Assembly (NCBI RefSeq): GCF_009914755.1
Contig: NC_060925.1
Reading direction: 5' to 3' (one strand)
DNA: 64,000 nt
Source: the human T2T-CHM13v2.0 reference genome, Homo sapiens
The notes under the pieces are model-generated. The model did not search any database and was not told where the DNA came from. It saw nothing but the letters and a program-made list of their open reading frames with translations. Positions 1 to 23,181 of this stretch are shown in pieces (the stretch's first letter is position 1; each line of letters starts with the position of its first letter). Position numbers and translations under genes: made by a program.

Positions 1-84
1 CAGACACTCCCGCCCTTCATCTCAGACACCCGTAACTAGAGATTTTTTCCAAGCCAAGATACTGTTTTCTTTTTATTTTGTTTT

Positions 85-402
85 ATTTTATTTTTTATTT
101 TATTTATTTTATTGTTTATTTTCAAGACACTCTTCCTCTGTTGCCCAGGCTGGAGTGTAGTGGTCCGATCTCGGCTCACTGCAAGCTCCACCCCAAAGGT
201 CTGAGCGATTCTCGTGCCTCAGCCTCCTGAGCAGTTGGGACTACAGGCACCTGCCACCATGCCCTGCTAATTTTTGTATTTTTGGTAGAGACAGGGTTTT
301 GTCATGTTCCCAGGATGATCTCAAACTCCTGGTCTCAAGTGATCCACCCATTTCAGCTTCCCAAAGGGCTAGGATTACAGGCGTGAGCTACTGTGCCTGG
401 CT
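85..402 (-). mobile_element. Alu
   Basis: Reverse-complement Alu dimer with T-rich tail. Confidence 0.9.
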
Positions 403-676
403 GTGATTTATTTTTTAAAAGTAATATGTTGTCTTTTTAAAAGGTTGAGAGGACATCATAGCTAAGATAATGTAGTTTATTTAAATGATTTGCCATTTAA
501 CAAAAGTTTAACTTTTGTGACTTTTTCTTAGTGTTTGCTTCTGTTCATTCATTAGCTTTGCTTCTGAAATGTCAAAGAATTTTCTAAGGATAAATGGAAG
601 AAAAGAATAATTATAAATTTTCAGGACATGTTTATAGGGAAAATAACCACTCATGATATGTGCAAAACATAGAGGA

Positions 677-682
677 TTTATT
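677..682 (-). terminator. UTS2: UTS2 polyadenylation signal AATAAA
   Basis: tttatt on + strand, ~130 nt past the stop codon on the minus strand. Confidence 0.8.
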
Positions 683-812
683 TTCCAGGTAACAATGAAC
701 AGGGTGTAGTTTGCCTAGTTTTTCTCCACACTGTTTTCAAATCAAGCATTGTGTTATTTTTCATATTCTAAGATGGGTGTTTCTGAGCTGACTAACAGAT
801 GCTTATTTCACT

Positions 813-6046
<5,234 letters not shown>

Positions 6047-6129
6047 GATCGCCACAAGATAGACGGCTTCCTTCTTGGCTTCTGTTGTAGAGAACTTTCA
6101 ACTGTCTCCTCATTCTGCCTGCTCACTGA

Positions 6130-6139
6130 TTATATATAT
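6130..6139 (-). promoter_or_regulatory. UTS2: TATA box of the proximal UTS2 promoter
   Basis: ATATATATAA on the minus strand ~85 nt upstream of the ATG at 6046. Confidence 0.65.
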
Positions 6140-6349
6140 CATCCTATGACCTGACATCATCCTCTCCAAAAAAAAAAAAAAAATGAATTTATTGGCTATG
6201 GAGGCTAAAAGGCAATCACTTTGCATTGATGTAATTTTTCAAGGTAACAAGTCATAGACAATAAATTAACTGTCTTGTTGCCTAGTGTACAAAGTAGGTA
6301 TTATATAAAGAACAGTGAGTTTATAAATCTGGCAAAAGAGGCAACTTAC

Positions 6350-6474
6350 AGCAATAAATCATGAATTAAAGGAAGGCTTGGATATGAGTTGAAGTGGCCA
6401 AAGCAAAGAGACGTGGATTTATGAGTCTGAGCAGAAGTGACGCAGAGCATAAGATGAAATACGTTGGTTTCCAT
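6350..6474 (-). CDS. UTS2: UTS2 alternative coding exon of the 139-aa isoform (METNVFHLMLCVTSAQTHKSTSLCFGHFNSYPSLPLIHDLLL), spliced to an internal acceptor at 5966
   Basis: ATG at 6474, donor CT|gtaagt at 6350/6349, acceptor ctccag|GGAA at 5966; total 125+23+111+44+117=420 nt = 139 aa + stop, matching the known longer isoform. Confidence 0.9.
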
Positions 6475-6990
6475 TTTTTAATCTTTCATGAGTGAGTAGA
6501 TGAGTTGCCATGCTGTGTTTAGGGCTGCCATCCCTGAAGAATGACAATCTGTGGATTAAAACGTAAAACCAGCTATTTCCTTTAAAACAGTGAAAAGTTA
6601 AAATACATAGCAAACATTGCTCCAGGCTCAAGACAATTCTGTACATACACGTGGCCTCATGTGAAGCCGCAAGCACTTCAATCTTCAGAGAAAGGAAATA
6701 ACTTCATAAAGTTGATTATTATTCAGCAAGGAGGGAGGAAGGACTTAACACCAGAAAACTCGCTGATAAACATTTCCAGAATGTGGCCTCTACTCCCAAC
6801 TGTACTCTGCCCAAGCTGGTCCAAGCCCGGATGGGTGGAAAGGTCCCCGACAGGCGTCCTGAAGTCTGCCTTCGGGCCTGCCACAGGCTCAGCACAGCAG
6901 AGTGATGCCAGAAGCATCTGCATAAGTCAGATCATGGTAGTTCTTTGCTCAAAACTTTCTGTGGACCTAAACACAAAAGTTACAAAGATA

Positions 6991-7585
<595 letters not shown>

Positions 7586-7589
7586 AGTG

Positions 7590-7900
7590 GTTACAACGTA
7601 ATGATAGAACTACTAGGGGAAAAAACATGAACACCTTCACAACCTCAGGTTAGGCAAATATTTCTTAGACAAGACACAAATCACACAGGAAAAAAATTGA
7701 GACAGGAGGAATAAGTTCAAGAGATCTATGTACCTCAGGGTGACTCTGATTAATAACAATGTATAGTTGAAGATTTCTAAAAATCGATTTTGTGTTCTCA
7801 TCACAAAAAAATGCTAAAAATGTGAAGTAATACACATGCGAATTAGCTTGATTCAGCCATTCCACAATGTATGCATATATCAAAACATCAAACTAATAAC
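7590..7900 (+). mobile_element. L1M 3' fragments
   Basis: aattagcttgattcagccattccacaatgtatgcatatatcaaaacatca is typical L1MA 3' UTR. Confidence 0.7.
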
Positions 7901-7923
7901 AATAATAATAATAATAATAATCA

Positions 7924-8257
<334 letters not shown>

Positions 8258-8340
8258 TTAATAGATGAACAAAACTGATAAATTGGACTTTATCAAAATT
8301 AGAAACATTTGCTCAAGATACTGGTAAGAAAATGAAAAAG

Positions 8341-9168
<828 letters not shown>

Positions 9169-9199
9169 TATCGCACTATTTTATGTATTTATCCTTTAT

Positions 9200-9770
9200 A
9201 GTAGGCAGACTCGATAAATATTTGTTGAATCAGTGAGTGGGGCACCAGCCCTATGGGAGTCTCTGTTTAGGGGAAAGAACGGTGAACAAAATAAAAAGTT
9301 TCTACTCTCATGAACTTTCTGACTGGAGGCGATAGACAACAACATTAACATACGCTGTAGGAATTGTTTATTGCTATGAAGAACAATAACAAGGAGACAG
9401 TACAGGGGCAGGTAGTCAGGGCAAGTGTGATTTCAGACAGGGCCCTCGGGATGCCCTGGAAAAGGGGCATCTGAGCAGGAGCCGAAAGGAACAGGGCAGC
9501 CATCCGTTCAGTGGTGAGTGGAGTGTGGAGCCTCCAGCGAGAGAAGTCGGGGAAGCGTGGCCTCCGAGGAGGAGGAACTGAAAGAAGATTCCTGCGAGGG
9601 CAAATAAAGTGAAGAGAGTCCCTGGGGGACCCCTGCTGCTGACAGTTGGGGAACCTTCCCGAAGGCCCAGGCTGGCTGTGTGGGAGCGCCTGGAGGCCTC
9701 GGCAGGAGAGCCCAGGGCGAGTGCTCGCACACTGTCCTCTAAGATGGAAAGTGCTCGAATCACTTAAGAC
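9200..9770 (-). mobile_element. L2 relic
   Basis: ataaatatttgttgaat...gaaaaggggcatctgagcaggagccgaagga is L2-like. Confidence 0.55.
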
Positions 9771-9874
9771 TTGTTAACTCTTTCGACAGATATTTCTCAG
9801 CACCCCCATGTGCCAGCAGGGTCGGACAGAGGACGGAACCTAACGTCCAAGAGAAACCACTTCCATCCAATTTA

Positions 9875-10459
<585 letters not shown>

Positions 10460-10572
10460 TCAATGCCCTAAATAAGTGCATTAAGTATCAAAATGTAATT
10501 TTGGTAACCATTAAAATAGTAACCAAAAGATTATAAAAACTTGGAAAATATAATAAAAGAACTAGAATATCA

Positions 10573-11023
<451 letters not shown>

Positions 11024-11697
11024 TTATGCTCATGCATGTTTATATATATGTAAAGCACTCATGAAGTCTCACAAAGAGGAAGGACGGACTCAGGCCAAGA
11101 GACAGGGGTCTTTGAAGACCCGTGAGGACCATTTCAAAATGAGGTGGGAGATGAACTCCGGGGCTCCAAGGAAGAGGCTGTTTGCCAAGCTTTGTCATTC
11201 CCTGGTGACTCAGGGGGTACTTCTGACAGTTATTAGTGATGGTTTTACAGCATGGCCTAATTAAATTACTACTAAAGGCTTACGCTTAAAAGAAAATTAG
11301 CTTCTTTCCTTCAACAGACCATCAATGACAGTGTCACCTTGTCCCAGAAATGTACTGAGCACGTCATTCCACGCTAATGGCCCTTGCATTAAGCAGCATG
11401 GCTTCACATCTGTGCCAGGACATACATGAACAAAGACCACCCTGAGAAGTGGGATTCCTCTAATTAGCTGCAAACAAAGTAACTTCTGAAAAGAGAGGGG
11501 CATTGTCTGCGTGTCATAAAGAAGTAAACCATTAATATTTGGGATGGCTTTGTCTATGGAGCACTCCCATCCACTGGATAAGCATATCATAAAAATTACA
11601 AACCTCTTTTCAGTTTTAGTTTTGAAATTAATCTAAACTCCCTCTCCCTGCTGACACGTTTGTCGTTGTATAATATGCTCATAACTTCTATTAATTA

Positions 11698-11995
11698 TTT
11701 TTTTTTTGACACAGAGTCTCACTCTGTCGCCCAGGCTGGAGTGCAGTGGTGCGATCTCAGCTTACTGCAACCACCACCTCCAGGGTTCAAGCAAGTCCCT
11801 ATTCTCACGCTTCAGCCTCCCAAGTAGCTGGGATTACAGGCATGCACCACCACACTCAGCTAATTTTTGTATCTTCAGTAGAGATGGTGTTTCACCATGT
11901 TCACCAGGCTGGTCTCAAACTCCTAGCCTCAAGTGATCCACTTGCCTCAGCCTCCTGTAGTGATGGGATTACAGTGTGAGCCACCACGCCCAGCT
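11698..11995 (-). mobile_element. Alu
   Basis: Reverse Alu; TSD tcataacttct. Confidence 0.9.
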
Positions 11996-12539
11996 GGTCA
12001 TAACTTCTGAATATGAGGTTACATTGATTCTCCTCGGTTGTGGGGATTCCATGAAGAGAAATTGATAGGAATTGACTTTGCCAAATATTTAAAGCCTATT
12101 CACTGATTGCCAAATAAATATCATAATTTGGGGTGATCTGTGAGGAATATGTTTGTGTGTGCTTTGAATACTGCAATGTTTGTACCATTTTTATGCGCAG
12201 ACTTGGGTCCAGAGAAGTTGAGGATACCTGAAACCAGGGCAGCTCATATTCAACTGACATTGAACTTCTGAACTTCCTGCAGACATCATCGGGGTCCATT
12301 CTTACTTGTGTTCATGTAAAACATAGGTTAGAGGCTCTCAGATAGACTTTTAATTTATATTAATTAAAATTAATTAAAATTTTAATTTAATCTAATCTAC
12401 ATGAATTCTAGATTTTGTTTCTAGTCACCTATATTTCAGATAACCATTTGGCTTAAGTGACTACTGAATGCCTCGTCTGTCAGCTGCAGCAATAACCCCT
12501 GAGGGGGTCACAGGCCCCGTGCTGGTCCCCTCAAGAGAT

Positions 12540-14660
<2,121 letters not shown>

Positions 14661-15018
14661 ACTGGGTTTTCTTGCAGTGGGCTTGACCCGATTTGCCTTT
14701 TGCACGCGGTGTCCTCACAGCAGCCTCCGCAGCAGGCCCCAGGTCAACGCTAGTGAGTGGCAGAGCCGAGCCTGGCCCCAGGTAGCCAGGCTTGGTGCCC
14801 ACCACTGCCCCGTCCCTCAGGAAACAGCCCCCTTTCCCCAGGACAAAAGGCGGAAACGAGCAGGTCCCCAGTGGTGGTTAGGTACAGCGTCTGGCAGGTG
14901 GTGTGGAGCGTGAAGAACATGTGAGGGCAAACTCTGTTCATATTTCTACTTTGGTGACAAGTAGGTTTTGGACTTCAGGATTCCCCCAGGTGCCAATGGC
15001 CAGAATACTGGTTTCTAA

Positions 15019-15338
<320 letters not shown>

Positions 15339-15452
15339 TAAAAGACCTCTTCCTTCTGAGAAAAGCAAAGCCCTCACAGTGGGCCTGCTGGGCCAGGCCT
15401 CTTCTCCTGCAGTTCCCCCGCTATGTCCCCTGCATGCTCCTACCTCTGGGCC

Positions 15453-15948
15453 TGTCTAGGTCCATTTACTGTTGCTGTAAGAGAATACCTGAGGATACCT
15501 GCGAATACCTGAGGCTGGGTCAATTATTAGGTTGGTGCAAAATTAATTGCGGTTTTTGCCATTACTTTCAACGGCAAAATCTGCAATTAATTTTGCACCA
15601 ACCTTAATGTTAAGAAAAGAGTCTTATTTGGCTCACAGTTCTGCAGCTTGTACAAGAAGCATGGCGCTGGCATCTGCGTCTGGTGAGGGCACTCATGGCA
15701 GAAGGCAAGGGGGAGCTGGTGTTTGCAGAGACCACATGGCAGGACAGGAAGCAAGAGAGAGACAGGAGGGCCAGGCTCTCTTAACAACCAGTTCTCTCAG
15801 GAACTAACAGAGCAAGAATTCACTGAATGCCCCGCACCCCAGGGAGGGCATTCATCGATTCATCGGGGTCCACCCCCGTGACCCAAACACCTCCTATTAG
15901 AGCCCACCTCCAACACTGAGGATCAATTTTCAGTTTCCAAACTACAGC
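15453..15948 (-). mobile_element. MSTB-like MaLR LTR
   Basis: aatacctgaggctgggt...ggctcacagttctgcagcttgtacaagaagcatggc matches the MST family. Confidence 0.8.
15527..15607. mobile_element. MADE1 MITE (Hsmar1 derivative)
   Basis: 80-bp palindrome ttaggttggtgcaaaa...ttttgcaccaacct. Confidence 0.92.
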
Positions 15949-15949
15949 G

Positions 15950-16722
<773 letters not shown>

Positions 16723-16809
16723 TTTTGGGAAATCCTTTTAGCCTGGTGAATGGGCTCTGTATTTAGTTTTATCTGATTTTTATTTATTTTATTTAGTTTC
16801 CAGCCCAAA

Positions 16810-17185
16810 TTTAACGTCTAGTTATCCATGGCTGTGTAAGAACCCCCCATCCCCACCAAAATATATTGGCTTAAGACAACAACCGTTTAATTGGTTCATG
16901 ATTATATCTGTGGGTGAGCAGTTGGGGTTGCTGTGGCCCAGGGTCACTCATGTGGCCCCAGTTGTCTAAGATGACCTGGCCCGGCCATCTGGAGGCTGGT
17001 GCTGGCTGACAGCGGGGCCTCCCTCTCCACGTGGCCTCATCCCCTGGGGGGGTCTGCCCGGGAGAATTCACAAGGCATCTCAGGGCAGCAGGAGGGCAAG
17101 AGTGGAAGCGTCAGCGTGTCTCGAGGCACTTCCACCGCCGTCTCCAGGTCACAGCGAGGCCCCAGGCCAGCCTGGATTCAAGGGC
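16810..17185 (-). mobile_element. Old MLT1-type MaLR LTR
   Basis: ggcttaagacaacaaccgtttaattggttcatgatt...ctgtgggt resembles MLT1H/J. Confidence 0.55.
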
Positions 17186-17360
17186 TGGTGTGTGTGTTTG
17201 TGTAGGCTGCCATCACAAAGTACCACAGACAGCTCCAACAATGTAAAGTTAGTTCTCACAGCTCTGGAGGCTGGAAGTCCCAGATCAAGGTGTCGGCAGG
17301 GCTGATGTCTCCTGAGGCGTGTCTCTTGAGGCATCTCTCCCTGGCTGGCAGATGGTCATC

Positions 17361-17965
17361 ATGGGGGCTCAGGAACGGATACTCCACAACATGGCGCTTT
17401 GTCCTGCCGGACTAAAAAAGCAGCCTCCAGGCCTCTCCGACCTTCCCCCTCTCCCTCCTGTCTCTCAATCCTCTGTCCCTCCCAAAGCATGACAGGAAGT
17501 TGTCCTCTGAGGTTCCTTTGTCTGCCTCATGTCTGCACCCACCAAAGAAGACAACAGTGGCCTCTGGTCCCTTCTTTGAGTTTTCTTTAACTGAACTCAG
17601 ATCCCAGGAAGAAGGACTGACGTCTGTCAGCATGCTTGAAGAGACTTTGGTCACAAACCATTCTCTGCTCTGCGTGCCCAACAGACTTTGTCCCAGACCA
17701 TTGTATGTTCTTCACGCCCATTGAATTCTCCTAAAAATCATGTACTGTCCCCCTAAAATCATTCGCACCTTCCCGTCTCCTTTCCCCTAAGAAGAGGGGT
17801 AGGTAAGTATCAGTACCCCCTGCACTGTGGGCAATCACTCTGTGCTCTGCCTCTATGCATATTAATAAATCCGTGTGCTTCTTCTCCTACTAACCTACCT
17901 TTTGTCAGTTGATTTTCTGTGAACAATCAGAGGGTGAAGGAGGAGTTTCCTCTTGGCCCCGATAC
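17361..17965 (+). mobile_element. ERV1 (MER34/MER39/LTR49-type) solo LTR
   Basis: Starts tgggggctcagg..atactccacaacatggcgctttg; AATAAA at ~17864; ends cttttgtcagttgatttt...ttggcccc. Confidence 0.7.
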
Positions 17966-18630
17966 CGTCTTCCCCATGTGTCCTCCCACAGCGGTCCCTC
18001 TGTGTGTCTGTCCGATACCATCTTCCCCCTGTGTCCTCCCACAGCTGTCCCTCTGTGTGTCTGTCTGTCCGATACCATCATCCCCCTGTGTCCTCCCACA
18101 GCGGTCCCTCTGTGTGTCTGTCTGTCCGATACCATCATCCCCCTGTGTCCTCCCACAGCGGTCCCTCTGTGTGTCTGTCTGTCCGATACCATCTTCCCCG
18201 TGTCCTCCCACAGCGGTCCCTCTGTGTGTCTGTCTGTCCGATACCATCATCCCCCTGTGTCCTCCCACAGCGGTCCCTCTGTGTGTCTGTCTGTCCGATA
18301 CCATCTTCCCCGTGTCCTCCCACAGCGGTCCCTCTGTGTGTCTGTCTGTCCGATACCATCTTCCCCCTGTGTCCTCCCACAGCGGTCCCTCTGTGTGTCT
18401 GTCTGTCCGATACCATCTTCCCCCTGTGTCCTCCCACAGCGGTCCCTCTGTGTGTCTGTCTGTCCGATACCATCTTCCCCCTGTGTCCTCCCACAGCGGT
18501 CCCTCTGTGTGTCTGTCTGTCCGATACCATCTTCCCCGTGTCCTCCCACAGCGGTCCCTCTGTGTGTCTGTCGGTCCGATACCATCTTCCCCCTGTGTCC
18601 TCCCACAGCGGTCCCTCTGTGTGTCTGTGT
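17959..18630. repeat. VNTR, 12 copies of a 53-57-bp unit (gataccatcttccccctgtgtcctcccacagcggtccctctgtgtgtctgtctgtcc)
   Basis: Units start at 17961, 18014, 18071, 18128, 18185, 18240, 18297, 18352, 18409, 18466, 18523, 18578. Confidence 0.97.
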
Positions 18631-19942
18631 CCTAATTGCCTCTTCTCATAAGGACACCAATCATATTGGATTAGGGCCCACCCTAATGACCTCATGTTTA
18701 CCTTAATTACCTCTTACAGACCCTATCTCCAAATACAGGCTGAGCATGGTGGTTCTGTAATCCCAGAACTTTGGGAGGCTGAGGTGAGAAGATCACTTGA
18801 GGCCAGGAGTTCCAGACCAGCCCGAGCAACACAGGGAGACCCCATCTCTACAAATACAATTTTAAAAATTAGCCAGGCTTGGTGGCACACACCTGTGGTC
18901 CCAGCTACTCGGGAGGCTGAGGTGGGAGGATCATTTGAGCCCAGGAGGTCAGGGCTGCCATGAGCCAAGATTGTACCACTGCACTCAGCCTAGGTGACAG
19001 AGTGAGACCCCGTCTCAAATAAACAAATAAACAAACTAATACAATTCCATTCTAAGGTAGGATCTCAACGGATGAATGTGCAGGGGACAAGTGTTAGCCC
19101 ATGACAGGTGGGGAGAGAAGCTCCGCCCCTCCATGAAGAGCCACAGGCACCGTGGAAAGGGCTCTGGGCCAGGGTTGGAGGAACCGTCATGGTCGACCAC
19201 GCTGACCATGCCCACGCTCTGGGCCCCTTGCCTGTGGGTGAGCAGTTGGGGGTTGCTGTGGCCCGGGGTCGCTCGTGTGGCCCCAGTTGTCTAAGATGAC
19301 CTGGCTCGCCCATCTGGAGGCTGGGCCTCCTCGCAGCTGAAAGTAGGCAGGGAGAAACGTCTGGTGGGCTGGGAAGAGCTTCCATTCAGCCTCACCAGAC
19401 AGTTTCTCAGCAGGGACACCAGTGACAGTAGAGGGGGTGTCAAGTGAGCGTGAGCGTGGAGAGCTATGAAACAGCACTCAGAAAGCTGGGTTCCCATGGG
19501 GCAAGGCCCACAGGAGGAAGTCCAGGCCCCCTCTGTGCAAGGCTCCAGCCCTCTCATAATCTAATTTCATGCCAGCTTCAGAGTCATGTCCTCAGCGCCA
19601 CCCACACCCATCCTAGGCCCTGCACTTTCTCCTCTGCTCATGGTGCTCTTGAGTCATACAGAACTCAACCTCATCTCCAAGACGCAGCCAAGGGCTCCAC
19701 TCAGCTTTCCCCCTCCTCCCTCCCTGGGAGCCTAAAGGAGGGAAGGCGCTTTCTAAGCTGCATGCTTGCCTGCCTCCTCCACCCAGGATAGAAGTTCAGG
19801 GGCAGTGTGTGATGCCAGTGCTGGTGCCACACTAGGGCTGTGACATGTCACCCCATTGAACCCCACCATCATTTCATCCCCAGGGCTGACCATGGTACCG
19901 GGCCTGGAAAGGGCTCTATTACTGATGATCAAATTACGTAAG

Positions 19943-20251
19943 TTTTTTTGTTTTTGCCTTTGTTTTTTGAGACAGAGTTTTGCTCTTGTTGCCCAGGCTG
20001 GAGAACAGTGGCGCCACCTTGGCTCACTGCAACCTCCGCCTCCTGGGTTCTAGCGATTCTCTTGCCTCAGCCTCCCAAGTAGCTGGGATTACAGGCATGC
20101 ATCACCACGCCCATCTAATGTTTGTATTTTTAGTAGAGGTGGGGATTCACCATTTTGGTCAGGATGGTCTTGAACTCCTGACCTCAGGTGATCCGCCCGC
20201 CTCGGCCTCCCAGAGTGCTGAGATTACAGGTGTGAGCCACCACACATGGCC
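19943..20251 (-). mobile_element. AluS
   Basis: Reverse Alu dimer. Confidence 0.92.
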
Positions 20252-20348
20252 CAAATTAAGCAAGTTTAAAACACATTATTGATTCCGGTTGCAAAAAAAG
20301 GGAGATCCCCAAAATATGAAGAACTTAACACAGTTAGATATTGCCTGG

Positions 20349-21061
<713 letters not shown>

Positions 21062-21819
21062 GCTGGTCGCAGTGAAGATGTATTAAATCAGACAAAGAAA
21101 AATAATTAGAAGACGATTAGCACAAAATAGCTCACACCTTCAAAATGTTGCCTCTCTCCCTGCACAGCTTCTACATCCTGAACACGAATGCACAGTTCTG
21201 CCAGCACATCACCAAAAAAAAGGCTGTCTTCTGCTATTCTGTGCTCTGACAATTTTGTTAATGAGGGTGTCTTGCAGGGTTAGCCTTCTCCTAATGCATG
21301 CTCCTTTCCAGTTTCACAGCAGAGTCGCTACGATAATGCCGCTACTGATTTATTGCAGATAGGGTGATGGCTCTCTTGTGGGCACATGTTTCATCCAACC
21401 CAGAGATAAGGACTCATCCAGTTGCAGGAGGATGAGCTTGGGTTTTAGAGTCCTCATTTTTGCTTCAGACTCACAGGAGGCAATTTTATAATCTTTCTAC
21501 CAACATCTATTGAGGCAGCCTGCAAGCACTCGGCCCTGTGGGGTAGCAGGGAGTGTGGACCTCAGGGAACTGACTTGACAAGGGTACCCCCAGGGGACTG
21601 TGGGGGCAATGAGGACCCAGCCAGCCCAGCAGACACAACCACCACAGTCCACAAGCCTGTCTTCACCCGTGAGGGCTGGAAGGCCCATGTCCCTGTCGCC
21701 CTGTGTGGCAGTGAGCAAACAACCTAGGTGGCCTTGGCATATTCTCTATTAGTGGGACAATGATGATGGTATTAACATTTATGAAGGTGTCCCAGGGCTC
21801 TGTGCATTCTGGAGGCAGT

Positions 21820-22159
21820 GCCATGGACTAAATATATCCTCCAAAATTCATACAATCAAGCCCTAGTCCCCAGTGAGATGGTATTTGCAGGTGGGGCTGT
21901 TGGGAGGTGATTGGAGGTAGAGCAGATCATGAGGGTGCGACCCCCATGATGGGATTAGTGCCCTTATAAAAACAGGAAGAGACAAGAGAGCTCTCTCTGC
22001 CTTGTGAGGACACAGGAAGAAAGAAGGCCACCATCTGAAAACCAGACACCAAACCTTGATCTTAGACTTTGCAGCCTCCAAACTGTGAGAAATGAATGTC
22101 TGTTGTTTAAGCTCCCACTCTATGGTATTCTGTAATAGCAGCCCCAACAGACTAAGGCA
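21820..22159 (+). mobile_element. MLT1A0/MSTD-like LTR
   Basis: catgatgggattagtgcccttataaa...gccccaacagactaaggca. Confidence 0.8.
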
Positions 22160-23181
22160 GGCAGCACATGCCCAGTGTCTCTAGGAAAGAGGGATGGAGC
22201 TGCAGCAACACCCCTTTTTCAGATGGCAGAGGCTGCCCAAGGTGGAGAGGCCTGCCAAGGTCCTGCAGCTGACCTTGATGGGCCTGCAATGGGAACCCAG
22301 GTCTGGCAGGACTGTTGGTTCCTTTCACTGTATTTGACATCCCCTCAAATGACCTTGACCATCTGGGAAGGTGGGAGGTGTGTGACTGAGCCCTTTCAAG
22401 GGCAGCCCCCGGCGGCTGGGGTACCGCCACTGTGGAGGTGCCCAAGAGAAGCAATTGTGTGAGGTTGGACCACATGGCTCTGCGCATGCCTCCCCAAAAT
22501 AGGGGTGAGCACGTGGGGAAAGGGCTGCATTCTTAGTGATGAGAGTGCTATTCCACAGGCCGAGGTTTTTATAACATGCTTTGAAAAACAGGCCTTGAAA
22601 ATGCTGCCTTTCTAGGGGACCTTGTGGGCAGCCACAGATGGGCTGAAGCTTAACTTCCAGGCATCATTTTTCTTGCAGAAATGTCCATCACCATCCTGGT
22701 GACCTAGAAGGCTGCTGCACAAAGAAGAATGGGCTGCCAAGGAGCGATGTTCCGGGTCTGGATTTAGTCCAGCGGGGGATGCGTCACGCACCCGAGTGAT
22801 GGCCAGCGGAGAGGAAGTCTGACGTGGAAATAAATATCCGCTCCGCTTATTGATCTGATTCATCCAATTACCTAGGAGGTTCGATTGAGAGAGGTCCGAG
22901 GAAATGACTCAGATGTCACCTGAATGATGCCTGAAAGGCTTCAGCCAGCATTTTTCTCATATCACTGATATCAGAGGAGACTTTTAGTTACTGAGAACAT
23001 TAATTGCTGCTGAGAGCCAGGTGTGAAGTTAAATGGAAATGAAAAACTCCAACAGCTGAGCTCCGTGTGATGGTTCAGTGGGGAGAATGGGTGCCGAGCT
23101 GAACTGGGCCAGCTGGCTAATTTTACTTGACAGTTTTCATTTCTATTTCTTCTCTTTAACTCATAAATAATGGAAAATCGC

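Larger units (their letters stand above)
17190..19085 (-). mobile_element. MLT1B-like LTR split by an ERV1 LTR, a VNTR and an Alu (+18738-19035)
   Basis: ctctggaggctggaagtcccagatcaaggtgtcggcagggc before, and tcctaattgcctcttctcataaggacaccaatcatattggattagggccc after. Confidence 0.8.

Noticed and set aside
6648-6663. CACGTG/CATGTG pair upstream of UTS2 as a clock or hypoxia element
   Set aside because: The 4-bp spacing does not fit the tandem CLOCK-BMAL1 arrangement, and the motif alone is insufficient.
17959-18630. CRISPR-like appearance of the regular array
   Set aside because: Units are contiguous with no unique spacers, the context is human, and there are no cas genes.
17905-18706. Long ORFs (up to 265 aa) on both strands
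   Set aside because: They are translations of the stop-poor VNTR unit and are open in several frames at once.
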